A model generated the notes under the pieces. It saw only the letters and a list, made by a program, of their open reading frames with translations, was not told the origin of the DNA and did not search any database. Of a DNA stretch of 54,504 nucleotides, positions 9,537 through 19,067 are shown one piece after another (the first letter of the stretch is position 1; each line of letters begins with the position of its first letter). A program made the position numbers and the translations under genes. The DNA is from Acidobacteriaceae bacterium (GTDB lineage: Bacteria > Acidobacteriota > Terriglobia > Terriglobales > Acidobacteriaceae): assembly GCA_030038315.1 (NCBI GenBank), contig JASHPD010000033.1, forward strand, positions 1 to 54,504, in the 5' to 3' direction.

Positions 9537-11075
9537 AACGCCAGCCGCCGCCGGCAGAATCTCGTCCACATCCACCCACTGCGTCGGGTACTGCCCCGTG
9601 AAGCAGGCCGTACAGAAGCCCCGCTCCTCACCACCGCAGCTCTTCAGCATTCCGTCCAGCGAAAGATAGGCCAGCGAATCCGCCTCAATGAACCGGCAAA
9701 TCTCCTCGACCGACTGGTTGGCCGCGATGAGGTCGCGCTTGCTCGGCGTATCCACGCCATAAAAACACGGCGAAATCGTCGGCGGGCAGCTAATGCGCAG
9801 ATGCACTTCCTTCGCGCCCGCGCCGCGCACCATGCGCACAATCTTCCGCGAAGTCGTCCCGCGAATGATCGAGTCGTCAATGAGAATCACCCGCTTGCCC
9901 TCAAGCAGATTCCGCACCGGATTCAGCTTGAGCTTCACGCCGAAGTCGCGCACCCTCTGCTCCGGCTCAATAAACGTGCGGCCCACGTAGTGATTGCGAA
10001 TCAGGCCAAATCTGAAAGGTATCTCGCTCTTCTCGGCATAGCCCAGCGCCGCCGTAACGCCCGAGTCCGGCACCGGCACAATCACATCCGCCGGCACGCC
10101 CGACTCCCGCGCCAGTTGCCGCCCCATCTGGTCGCGGCTCTCCTGCACCCAGCGCCCGAAGATGCGCGAATCCGGCCGCGCAAAGTAAACATGCTCAAAG
10201 ATGCAGCTCGACCGCGGCACGCCCGTAGAAAACTGCCGGCTCGTCACGCCATCCTGCGTCACCATCACCAGCTCGCCGGGCAGAACGTCGCGCTCATACT
10301 CCGCGCGCAGCAGGTCAAAGGCGCAGGTCTCGGAGGCAAAAACAATCGTATCCGGCCCGTCGGAATTCTTAATCCGCCCCATCGACAACGGCCGAAACCC
10401 ACGCGGATCGCGCGCAGCAAAGATGCGATCCCGCGTCATCATCACAATCGAAAACGCACCTTCCACCTGCGACAACGAATCCGCAATCGCATCCACCAGC
10501 GTGCCCGCCTTCGAGTGCGCAATCAGTTGAATGATGATCTCGGAATCCGAAGTCGTCTGAAAGACCGCGCCGGCGCGCTCCAGCCGGGAACGAACCGTAC
10601 CCAGATTGATGAGGTTCCCGTTATGCGCAATCGCAATCAGTCCCTTGGTCGATTCCACGCGAATCGGCTGCGCATTCAACAGCGCCGAGTCGCCCGTCGT
10701 CGAGTAGCGCGTATGCCCGATCGCCATCGGACCGGGCAGCTTCTGCAGCACGTCATCGGTAAAAATTTCCGAGACCAGCCCCATGCCCTTGATGTTGGCA
10801 AGCTGGCGCCCATCGGCCGTCGCAATCCCCGCCGACTCCTGCCCGCGATGCTGCAACGCATAGAGCGCCAGATAAGCCTGCCGCGCCGCATCCGGGTGCC
10901 CATGAATCGCGCAAACCCCGCACTCCTCATGCAGTTTGGAATCGTCCAGCTTCGGATCTTCTGCATGATTGAATGGGTGCCCCATGTCCCTCGCATTTGG
11001 GGACGTGGGAGCAGAAGCCAATTTCTCTGACTCGTCCGCCTCGCCGAGAACGCCCTGATACAGCAACCGGCTCAT
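9534..11075 (-). CDS. purF: Amidophosphoribosyltransferase
   Basis: [48 protein letters not shown]. Confidence 0.97.
   Translation of the reverse strand: MSRLLYQGVLGEADESEKLASAPTSPNARDMGHPFNHAEDPKLDDSKLHEECGVCAIHGHPDAARQAYLALYALQHRGQESAGIATADGRQLANIKGMGLVSEIFTDDVLQKLPGPMAIGHTRYSTTGDSALLNAQPIRVESTKGLIAIAHNGNLINLGTVRSRLERAGAVFQTTSDSEIIIQLIAHSKAGTLVDAIADSLSQVEGAFSIVMMTRDRIFAARDPRGFRPLSMGRIKNSDGPDTIVFASETCAFDLLRAEYERDVLPGELVMVTQDGVTSRQFSTGVPRSSCIFEHVYFARPDSRIFGRWVQESRDQMGRQLARESGVPADVIVPVPDSGVTAALGYAEKSEIPFRFGLIRNHYVGRTFIEPEQRVRDFGVKLKLNPVRNLLEGKRVILIDDSIIRGTTSRKIVRMVRGAGAKEVHLRISCPPTISPCFYGVDTPSKRDLIAANQSVEEICRFIEADSLAYLSLDGMLKSCGGEERGFCTACFTGQYPTQWVDVDEILPAAAGV
10975..11010. repeat. REP-like hairpin inside the purF N-terminal coding region
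   Basis: GGGTGC-CCCATGTCCC-loop-GGGACGTGGG, 10-bp stem with one G:T pair. Confidence 0.6.
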
Positions 11076-13537
11076 GCCGTCACCTCACTGTGGAGTGCAG
11101 CTTCCAGCGATTCCGCCCAGGGCTCACGCAGTTCCTCAAGCGAAGCAGAAAGAAACGGCTGCCGTTCCACATCGATCTCCAGCCGCTTGCCGCCCGTCGT
11201 GCCAATCCGCGCCGCAAAGAAGTTGTACTTCCCGGCGATCTCTTCAATCTCCGCCACAGCCGCAGCCTTCGCCGTCACAACCACCGTCGAAGCCGGTTCC
11301 GCAAACAACCCGAAGAGCGGATGCGCCAGCAGCGACTCATCCTGGTTCACCTTAGCGCCAATCCCGCTGCGCACCGCAGCCTCAGCCAGCGCCACAGCAA
11401 TGCCGCCATCGGAAATATCTTTTGCCGAATGCACCAGCCGACGCTCCGCAAGCTCACGCAACAATTTGTGCAGATCGGCCTCAGCACCAAGATCGAGCGC
11501 CGGAGGCGTACCCCAAACTCCACCGAGCACAACCTTCGCGTACTCCGACGAGCCAAATGCCGCCAGATTCGCCTTTGCCTCCGCATCCGGAGCGTCAGCC
11601 ACCGGCTCTGTTTCCGCTTCCACCGCGTAGTAGCGCATCGGCTCCGGCTTAAACGGAACCTTCAAATCCGGATTCGGCTCTTCGCCACGCGGTACTGGCC
11701 AGAGCAGCACAATCGCATCATCTACAACTCGAAAATCCGCCGGCACAGCCTTCGTCACATCGTCCAGAATGCCGACGATCCCGAGCACCGGCGTCGGATA
11801 AATTCCCTCGCCCTTGGTCTTGTTGTAATTAGTCTTGTTGTGACTGGTCTCGTTGTAAAGCGAAACATTCCCGCCCGTAATCGGCGTACCCAGCGCCGTG
11901 CAGGCCTCGGCAATCCCATCAATCGCCGCCGAAAGCTGCGCCATAATCTCCGGCTTCTCCGGATTGCCGAAGTTCAAACAGTTCGTAGCAGCCACCGGCT
12001 CCGCGCCCGTGCAAGCAACTTTACGAGCCGCCTCAGCCACAGCGTGCATCGCGCCCAGCTTCGGGTCCAGATAACACCACCGCCCGTTGCCATCGAGCGC
12101 CATAGCGAGGCCACGCTCATGCCCGGCAGTCCCCGTGCCCTTGATGCGCATCACGCCCGCTTCACCGCCCGGCCCCTGTACGGTGTTCGTCTGCACCATC
12201 GTGTCGTACTGCTCATGCACCCAGCGCTTCGAGCAGATATTTGAGGAAGCCAGCAGCTTCTTGAGCTCCGCCGTGTAATCGCGATCCTTCGCCAACTCCG
12301 CCAGCACATGCTCCGGCGGGTCCAGCGGCACAGGAGCTTTCCACTCGCCCACTGGCCGGTGATACACCGGCGCATCGTCCGTCAGCGACTCATTCGGAAT
12401 GTCCGCAACCAGCTCGCCATGATGCCGAATCCGCAGCCGAGGCTCCGGCTTCACCGTGCCGACGACAACCGCATCCAGACCCCACTTGGCAAAGACGGCC
12501 AGAACCTCCTGCTCGCGTCCACTTTCGGCAACCAGCAGCATCCGTTCCTGGCTCTCGGAGAGCATGATCTCGTAAGCGCTCATGCCCGTCTCGCGCTGCG
12601 GCACCAGGTTAAGCTCCACGTCGAGCCCCACGCCGCCGCGCGCGCCCATCTCGCAGGTCGAGCAGGTCAGCCCCGCCGCACCCATATCCTGAATGCCGAC
12701 AATCGCACTGGTCTTCATCGCCTCAAGGCAAGCCTCAAGCAGCAGCTTCTCCATAAACGGATCGCCCACCTGCACATTGGGCCGCTTCTGCTCCGAGCCT
12801 TCCTTGAACTCTTCGCTAGCCATCGTCGCGCCGTGAATCCCGTCGCGTCCCGTCTTCGCGCCGACGTAAATCACCGGGTTCCCCGTGCCGCTGGCCTTGC
12901 CGTAAAAAATCTCGTCGTGCCGCACCAAACCCAGCGCAAAGGCATTCACCAGCGGATTGCCGCTGTAACAAGCCTCGAACTTCGTCTCGCCACCGAGGTT
13001 CGGCACGCCGAAGCAGTTGCCGTAGCTGGCAATGCCATCGACAACACCCTCAACAATCGAGTGGTTTTTCGTCACCAGCTCCGGCTCCGTGCCGCGCTCA
13101 ACCGCAAGCGGTCCAAAGCGCAGCGAATCCATCACCGCCAGCGGCCGCGCGCCCATCGTAAAGATGTCGCGCAAAATGCCGCCCACGCCCGTCGCCGCGC
13201 CCTGGTGCGGCTCAATGTAGCTCGGATGATTGTGGCTCTCGATCTTGAAGGCGCAAGCCCAGCCATCGCCCACGTCGATAATGCCGGCGTTCTCGCCCGG
13301 CCCCTGCACCACACGGTCGCTCTTCGTCGGCAGCCGCCGCAGATGCACCTTCGACGACTTATAGGAGCAGTGCTCGCTCCACATCACGCTGTAGATGCCA
13401 AGCTCGGTAAGGGAAGGAACGCGGCCAAGCGCCTTCAGGATGCGGTCATACTCTTCCGCAGTAATGCTGTGCTGGGCCAGCAGCTCCGGAGTGACCTCGA
13501 CAGGCTCGGGGAGAACGGCAGACGGGGCAGGATTCAT
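11072..13537 (-). CDS. purL: Phosphoribosylformylglycinamidine synthase subunit PurL
   Basis: [43 protein letters not shown]. Confidence 0.97.
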   Translation of the reverse strand: MNPAPSAVLPEPVEVTPELLAQHSITAEEYDRILKALGRVPSLTELGIYSVMWSEHCSYKSSKVHLRRLPTKSDRVVQGPGENAGIIDVGDGWACAFKIESHNHPSYIEPHQGAATGVGGILRDIFTMGARPLAVMDSLRFGPLAVERGTEPELVTKNHSIVEGVVDGIASYGNCFGVPNLGGETKFEACYSGNPLVNAFALGLVRHDEIFYGKASGTGNPVIYVGAKTGRDGIHGATMASEEFKEGSEQKRPNVQVGDPFMEKLLLEACLEAMKTSAIVGIQDMGAAGLTCSTCEMGARGGVGLDVELNLVPQRETGMSAYEIMLSESQERMLLVAESGREQEVLAVFAKWGLDAVVVGTVKPEPRLRIRHHGELVADIPNESLTDDAPVYHRPVGEWKAPVPLDPPEHVLAELAKDRDYTAELKKLLASSNICSKRWVHEQYDTMVQTNTVQGPGGEAGVMRIKGTGTAGHERGLAMALDGNGRWCYLDPKLGAMHAVAEAARKVACTGAEPVAATNCLNFGNPEKPEIMAQLSAAIDGIAEACTALGTPITGGNVSLYNETSHNKTNYNKTKGEGIYPTPVLGIVGILDDVTKAVPADFRVVDDAIVLLWPVPRGEEPNPDLKVPFKPEPMRYYAVEAETEPVADAPDAEAKANLAAFGSSEYAKVVLGGVWGTPPALDLGAEADLHKLLRELAERRLVHSAKDISDGGIAVALAEAAVRSGIGAKVNQDESLLAHPLFGLFAEPASTVVVTAKAAAVAEIEEIAGKYNFFAARIGTTGGKRLEIDVERQPFLSASLEELREPWAESLEAALHSEVTA

Positions 13538-13680
13538 CGCTCTATCCCCATTGTCGCACGATCTTCATAATTCCCGTCTACCGTCCGGGAGCCCCATTCT
13601 TGTGGAAACTCCGGGGCAACTCAGCGTACAGCGCATCATCCGGCGTATTCACCAGATGCTGGCGCCGCCAATCCACCCTA

Positions 13681-13689
13681 TGCGATACT
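13681..13689 (+). promoter_or_regulatory. Candidate extended -10 box of the original tRNA-Leu promoter
   Basis: TGCGATACT about 20 bp upstream of the tRNA 5' fragment; no convincing -35 box. Confidence 0.4.
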
Positions 13690-13709
13690 CAAAACTGCCC
13701 ACCCAATCA

Positions 13710-13750
13710 GCCGGGATGGCGGAACTGGCAGACGCAGCGGACTCAAAATC
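13710..13750 (+). repeat. attL: 41-bp direct repeat equal to the 5' half of tRNA-Leu(CAA)
   Basis: GCCGGGATGGCGGAACTGGCAGACGCAGCGGACTCAAAATC is identical to 32167-32207. Confidence 0.95.
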
Positions 13751-13877
13751 TCTTCTCCGGCTTTGCACTGCAACGCACCAAACAGCACTACCTCATGCAA
13801 GCACCGCCTTTTCAATCACCTGCAAATTCTTCCGCTGCATCGACTCGAATGGAGTCGCACGAAATTTCCCGGCCAAG

Positions 13878-13897
13878 TGCCACCAAAACTGCCACCG
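13878..13897 (+). promoter_or_regulatory. Putative integrase arm-type sites (left)
   Basis: TGCCACCA-aaac-TGCCACCG with 12-bp period, echoed at 32073-32092. Confidence 0.7.
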
Positions 13898-14005
13898 ATA
13901 TGTCTTTGGCTCATTCCAAATGAATCGGCAGGGTTGAAATTGCAGCGGGCTACTTGATGACGGCGCTACACTGAACGCAAGCTGGTGTAGGAATAATCCA
14001 AACCA

Positions 14006-16378
14006 ATGCCGCCAACTCAATATTGGGCGCACTCTTCGCAATCAGAGAAGTCTTCCCTGGACCCTTATGCGGGTTGGCAGCCTCTTTCTGTTCATTTGGA
14101 GGCTGTTGCTCGACTTTCCAAGCAGTTGGCTTTAACTGCGAAGCCCAAGGATGAATTGCTCGCTCGGATGGCGGAGGTGGCGGGCCTTTTTCACGACTTG
14201 GGAAAATATATGGAAGCGTTTCAACGAATGCTTCTGACTGGCCGCGGACATCCACAACACGCGATTCATGGCGCGATGCTTGCCTACTTCGGCGTGCAGG
14301 GAGCGGCGAGGAGACCGGCACTCGAACCTGTCGCGGCGGTAATCGCCGGGCATCATGCGGGACTGGCGGATCGGAGCAGCCTGAAGGAAAAGCTGCTCAA
14401 CCCGGCTTATCAATGCGAAGCTCAGGGTCTGGTCACAGAGGCAACAGAAGATTGCGAGCCTTTGCATCACGCCCTCTCGGATCTGGATGGGTCTCAGAAT
14501 GTATCGGAACTGATGAGATGCGGCAGCATGGACCTGACCACGCGAATGCTTTTCAGTTGCCTGGTAGATGCGGACAGACTCGATACGGCCGGACGCTCTG
14601 CGAAACAGGAGTCTCTGCGGGCGGATGAGCGGCTGAAGGCATTGCTGGCACACATCGAGAACTTGAAACAGCGGGCAGGAACAACGGCTAAAGACGTAAT
14701 GGCGGCGCGCGCTGCGGTATTGCAGGATTGTCTGGATGCGGCCGCGTGGCCGCATCGGCTCTTCTCACTTTCCGTGCCCACGGGCGGCGGCAAAACGCTG
14801 TCCGCGATGGCTTTCGCGCTGCGGCGCGCCGCGCTTTTTCCTGAGCGCTTCCGGCGCGTTATCGTCGTCATCCCGTATCTGTCTATCATTGAGCAAAACG
14901 CCAGCGTGTATGCAGACATCTTCAGCAAAGACGCACTGCTGGAGCATCACTCCGGCAGCATTCAGAAACTGACGCGAGGGGACGAGAACCACTTCATGCC
15001 CACTCGGGATGCAGAAGGTGACGACGAAAAACAGTTTCAAGAAACCGGTTTGCGGCCGGAGGTGGAGAACTGGGATGCGCCGCTGATTGTAACAACCTCG
15101 GTGCGCTTCTTCGAAAGCCTGTTTTCCAACCATCCCGCCGATCTGCGCCGCGTACACAACATCGCTCGGTCCATCGTGATTCTTGACGAGGTGCAGACGC
15201 TTCCGCGCAGGCTGCTTGGGCCGCTGCTGGGCATGATGGAGGAGCTGGCGGAGGACTGGGATACGAATTTTGTCTTTTCCACGGCTACGCAACCAGCTTT
15301 TGAACGCCCTTCCCACAAAAAAGACCTGCGCTGGGAGCCAGGAACTTTGACTGAGATTATTCGCCAACCGGACGAGTTGCGGCGGAATCTCAAGCGTGTT
15401 GAGTTGCAATGGGAGATTAAATCACCGATCCGTTGGAGCGAAGTTGCTGAGCGGATGTTCGCCGAGCAACAGTGCATGACGATTGTGAACCTGCGCGAGC
15501 ACGCGGTTACGCTTTACAAGGAACTGCTCAAGGCCGCAGCGGCAGATGGTTTGGATCGGGACGGGATTTTTCATCTTTCCACGCGGATGTGCGCGGCGCA
15601 CCGCCTGCGAGTGCTGAAGATAATTCGTGACCGGCTCGGGAATGGCGAAGCGTGCCGTATGGTTTCCACGCAACTGGTGGAGGCCGGCGTGGACGTGGAC
15701 TTTCCGCTGGTGCTGCGCGCACTGGGACCGCTTGATTCCATTATTCAGGCTGCGGGCCGGGCCGACCGTGAGGGCAAAAGAACCGCCGAGATTGGCAGGC
15801 CAGGCGGGAAAGTGGTTGTCTTTCGTCCCCAGGAACATAAGTTGCCTCCGAATGAATATACGGAGGCAACCGGAGTGACAGAAGCTCTTATTGGCGAGGC
15901 GCTGGAGAGCGGTGAAAGTATCCAGGTCGATTCTACTGAGGCGATCCAAACGTACTTTGAGCGGTATTACGGCGCAAGCGGAATCGATCTGGGCGAGCAG
16001 CTCATCGAACATCGTGCACACCGCAATTTTGCAACGCTCGCCGAGCAGTTTGAGATGATCTCAAGCCGCGCGCAGGATGTGCTTGTGCCGGATGACGAAG
16101 AAGCGAAACGGGCGATTGAGGAATTGCGTAGTTTGTCGCAAACACACGAGTTCGATCCAGAAAAGCGTCTGGCAACCGGCCTGCGGTTGCGAGAACTACG
16201 GCGAGAGCTTCAGAGGCATACGGTAGGGTTGAGCCCATCGGAGTTCAAGCGTGCTGAAGGCGTACTGGAATCACTTTCCCTACCAACGGGAGACGAAATC
16301 TGGGTTGCCGTCGATCACGGCTACGATGAGCAGCTTGGTCTGACCTTTGAAACTGGCCCTGCCGTGCTTGTTCTATAA
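14006..16378 (+). CDS. cas3: CRISPR-associated HD nuclease/helicase Cas3
   Basis: HDLGKY, GHHAGL, DADRLD (HD domain); PTGGGKT, DEVQ, STATQP, QLVEAGVDVDF, QAAGR (SF2 helicase). Confidence 0.96.
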   Translation: MPPTQYWAHSSQSEKSSLDPYAGWQPLSVHLEAVARLSKQLALTAKPKDELLARMAEVAGLFHDLGKYMEAFQRMLLTGRGHPQHAIHGAMLAYFGVQGAARRPALEPVAAVIAGHHAGLADRSSLKEKLLNPAYQCEAQGLVTEATEDCEPLHHALSDLDGSQNVSELMRCGSMDLTTRMLFSCLVDADRLDTAGRSAKQESLRADERLKALLAHIENLKQRAGTTAKDVMAARAAVLQDCLDAAAWPHRLFSLSVPTGGGKTLSAMAFALRRAALFPERFRRVIVVIPYLSIIEQNASVYADIFSKDALLEHHSGSIQKLTRGDENHFMPTRDAEGDDEKQFQETGLRPEVENWDAPLIVTTSVRFFESLFSNHPADLRRVHNIARSIVILDEVQTLPRRLLGPLLGMMEELAEDWDTNFVFSTATQPAFERPSHKKDLRWEPGTLTEIIRQPDELRRNLKRVELQWEIKSPIRWSEVAERMFAEQQCMTIVNLREHAVTLYKELLKAAAADGLDRDGIFHLSTRMCAAHRLRVLKIIRDRLGNGEACRMVSTQLVEAGVDVDFPLVLRALGPLDSIIQAAGRADREGKRTAEIGRPGGKVVVFRPQEHKLPPNEYTEATGVTEALIGEALESGESIQVDSTEAIQTYFERYYGASGIDLGEQLIEHRAHRNFATLAEQFEMISSRAQDVLVPDDEEAKRAIEELRSLSQTHEFDPEKRLATGLRLRELRRELQRHTVGLSPSEFKRAEGVLESLSLPTGDEIWVAVDHGYDEQLGLTFETGPAVLVL

Positions 16379-16485
16379 GGTACACGCCAAATTCGCGTGT
16401 TATTGTTTGTCCGGGCCTCTTTACAGTTTCAAATCTTACCTTATTTGTGCCGGGAGATTTCTGCGCGCAAATAGGAGGCAAATAT

Positions 16486-17190
16486 ATGCCCATTCCAACA
16501 ATTCGCGTCCGCGTTTCGGGCGATTTCGCGTGTTTTACGCGGCCCGAGGCAAAGGTAGAGAGATTTTCTTATCCGGTGATGACGCCATCGGCGGCACGCA
16601 ACATCCTGGATTCTATCTGCTGGCGTCCGGAGATGCGCTGGATCGTTACGCGCATCACGGTGCTTAAGCCGATCCGCTTTTTGAGCGTGCTGCGCAATGA
16701 GGTGCAAAGCAAGCTCTCGCCGGCAGTAGTAAAAAAGTGGATGAAAGACCCTGAGCAGTTTACTCCGCTTGTGGCTGGCGCGGGACAGGGGACGGACGGC
16801 ACTCCGCGTAACACCACACTGCTGCGCGATGTCGCCTACTGGATCGATGCCTACCCGCACGTCTTCGACACATCGGGCGATAACACACCCGCAAAATACA
16901 TGGCGATGATGGAACGCAGAATTGAGAAGGGCCAGTGTTTCCATCGGCCGTATCTTGGATGCCGCGAGTTTGCCGCCGAATTCGGGCCGCCGCTCCCGGA
17001 CGATGTTCCGATTGCCGAGACGATGGAGATTGGCCGAATGCTCTATGACATCGCGTTTCTAACGGACGGGAACAAGGCGGCATTCTTTGAGGCGCGGCTT
17101 GTGAACGGCGTGCTGGAGACCCATCCGGAGCGAGCTTTGCCAGAGGCAGAACGCAGGCGGGAGGTGCTCGAATGCTCGTACAAGCGCTAG
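16486..17190 (+). CDS. cas5: Type I-C Cas5 (crRNA-processing Cas5d/Cas5c)
   Basis: GDFACFTRPE.KVERFSY.VMTPSAAR and PYLGCREF; AGGAGG RBS before ATG 16486. Confidence 0.95.
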   Translation: MPIPTIRVRVSGDFACFTRPEAKVERFSYPVMTPSAARNILDSICWRPEMRWIVTRITVLKPIRFLSVLRNEVQSKLSPAVVKKWMKDPEQFTPLVAGAGQGTDGTPRNTTLLRDVAYWIDAYPHVFDTSGDNTPAKYMAMMERRIEKGQCFHRPYLGCREFAAEFGPPLPDDVPIAETMEIGRMLYDIAFLTDGNKAAFFEARLVNGVLETHPERALPEAERRREVLECSYKR

Positions 17191-19067
17191 CAGAATACGC
17201 CGACCATTATCTGAGCGAGGAACTGAGCGACGCGGCATGGGAGATGAAGCCGGTTCCGTGGCGACTCAACATCTCGCGGCAGGGAAGATTCCTGAACGTG
17301 ATGCCACGAATGAAATCTGAGACGCGCGGCAAAAAGGAAGTGCAGGTTCCCATGCCCATGTCCGTTCCGCGCTCGCCTGTGAATCGCAACAGCGGCGAGC
17401 ATCCGCTGCTAGGCACTGACGACATTGCCTATGTGCTGGGCGTGGGGACTTGGACACCCGACAAACCCGCAGACAAGGAAAAGGCTGTAAGGCATTTTGA
17501 AGCATTCGTGGCGCTAATCAACATGGCTGCCACAGAGACAAAAGATGCCGCGCTGGCCTCTTGCACCTCCTTCTATGCCAACGAGGAAGAGATACAAAAG
17601 GCGCGCGAGGCGCTGCGCGAAGCGAAAGCCGGATCGTTGGTGGCCCTTGCTGTAGGAGAGCCTCTGTCCGAGTTGGCGACGGTGGTTGAGTACTGGCGAA
17701 AGCATTACAGCGTTGAGTATGCAAAGCGGGTGTCAGGCAAGCCGAAAAAACGATCTAAAGGCGAGATAGTCGCTGAGTGCATGATCTCCGGCCGGATTGG
17801 TCAGATTGCCCCAACGCATGAACCTATCAAAGGCTTGTCGAACTTGGGTGGGCAGCCGAAAGGCGTGGCACTGATGTCCTTTGATAAGCCCTCCTTTCAA
17901 TCCTACGGTTGGGATAAAAACCACAACAGTCCAGTTTCGCCGGATCGTGCGCTGGCCTATGTGCTCGCTTTCAATGATCTGCTCAAGCAGGATAAGGGAC
18001 GGCGCAAGGACATTGCCGGGATGGGCTTTCTCTATTGGCTCCGTGATCCGAAAGACATCAACGCATTCGATATTCTGGACAGCGCCGACCCAGCAGAGGT
18101 GAAAAAGCTGCTCAGCTATGATCCGCGCGACGTGGACACGAATCGCTTTTACATGGTGGCTGTTTCCGGCAATGGCGGCAGGCTGCGCGTGCATCACTGG
18201 GTGGACATGGCCCTGCCTGCCGTTAAAAAGAATCTTCGCAACTGGCACAGCGAACTGCGCGTCGAGTATCCACAATACGACGGCGAAGAAGCGCCGCCCC
18301 TGCGCTTCAAGCAGTTGCTGGATGTGATTTACAAGAAGAAAACCGCGGAAGACAAGAGAAAGCCCGACAACCAGATAGTGCTCGCACTCATTCTGCGGGG
18401 CATCGAAGGATTGCCACTTGGCCACCCAACCTTGGCCAAGGCGCTTCAGCACCTGCGCAAACTTCCTCATCAGGACAAGAAGCAGGGAAAGGATAGCGAG
18501 CGGCAATCCGACCCCATGTCTCTGGCACGGCTGCGCGTGCCCGTCAGTCTGATTCGCATCTGTGTCAACGATCTCAATCGAAGAAACCGGAAAGGAGAAC
18601 AGCAAGTGAGCGAAGGTTTGGACCCATCCTGCACCATCCCGGCCTATGTCTGCGGGCGCCTGATGGCGGAATTCGAGAACCTCCAACGCGCTTCCAACGA
18701 GAACAAGAACCTCAATTCCTCCATTCTCGACCGCTACTTTGCCCTGGCGTCCACGTATCCATCGGTTGCATTTCCGAACCTGGAGAAACTGGCGCTGCAG
18801 CATCTGCGCAAGTTGAAGCGCGATAAGCCCGGCGCGGCAAGACGCATCAACACGCAGCTCGAGAAATTGCACGATCTGCTCGCTGCATCGCCAGATGGAG
18901 CCTATCCGAAGCAACTCGGTCTTGAAGGCCAGGGCCTCTTTGCTCTCGGCTACTACCACCAGAAAGCAGAACACGCTCGCACGCGGGCAATCGCCGCTGG
19001 TAACAAGCAGTCAAACGGAACCGCTGAAACGACCGAAGCCGAAATCAACGAAGAGGAGACCGAGTAA
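17172..19067 (+). CDS. cas8c: Type I-C large subunit Cas8c/Csd1
   Basis: MLVQAL.EY start, CMISG, LMSFDKPSFQSYG, AYVCGRL, QGLFALGYYHQ; lies between cas5 and cas7. Confidence 0.93.
   Translation: MLVQALAEYADHYLSEELSDAAWEMKPVPWRLNISRQGRFLNVMPRMKSETRGKKEVQVPMPMSVPRSPVNRNSGEHPLLGTDDIAYVLGVGTWTPDKPADKEKAVRHFEAFVALINMAATETKDAALASCTSFYANEEEIQKAREALREAKAGSLVALAVGEPLSELATVVEYWRKHYSVEYAKRVSGKPKKRSKGEIVAECMISGRIGQIAPTHEPIKGLSNLGGQPKGVALMSFDKPSFQSYGWDKNHNSPVSPDRALAYVLAFNDLLKQDKGRRKDIAGMGFLYWLRDPKDINAFDILDSADPAEVKKLLSYDPRDVDTNRFYMVAVSGNGGRLRVHHWVDMALPAVKKNLRNWHSELRVEYPQYDGEEAPPLRFKQLLDVIYKKKTAEDKRKPDNQIVLALILRGIEGLPLGHPTLAKALQHLRKLPHQDKKQGKDSERQSDPMSLARLRVPVSLIRICVNDLNRRNRKGEQQVSEGLDPSCTIPAYVCGRLMAEFENLQRASNENKNLNSSILDRYFALASTYPSVAFPNLEKLALQHLRKLKRDKPGAARRINTQLEKLHDLLAASPDGAYPKQLGLEGQGLFALGYYHQKAEHARTRAIAAGNKQSNGTAETTEAEINEEETE
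18606..19067 (+). CDS. cas11: Internally translated small subunit Cas11c (153 aa)
   Basis: AAAGGAG at 18591-18597, then an in-frame GTG at 18606 ahead of the AYVCGRL helical domain. Confidence 0.75.
   Translation: MSEGLDPSCTIPAYVCGRLMAEFENLQRASNENKNLNSSILDRYFALASTYPSVAFPNLEKLALQHLRKLKRDKPGAARRINTQLEKLHDLLAASPDGAYPKQLGLEGQGLFALGYYHQKAEHARTRAIAAGNKQSNGTAETTEAEINEEETE

Noticed and set aside
1245-13570. Long antisense ORFs (e.g. 2142-3602, 7800-9152, 9801-11030, 10973-12244, 12308-13570)
   Set aside because: Shadow frames of high-GC genes, with no motifs of their own
13710-13750. Second tRNA-Leu gene
   Set aside because: Identity stops just after the anticodon loop, with no T-arm or proper 3' half; it is the att fragment
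13395-14041. ORFs spanning attL, and ORF 32155-33255 spanning the tRNA
   Set aside because: They translate tRNA/att sequence (MAELADAADSKS) or are antisense to real genes
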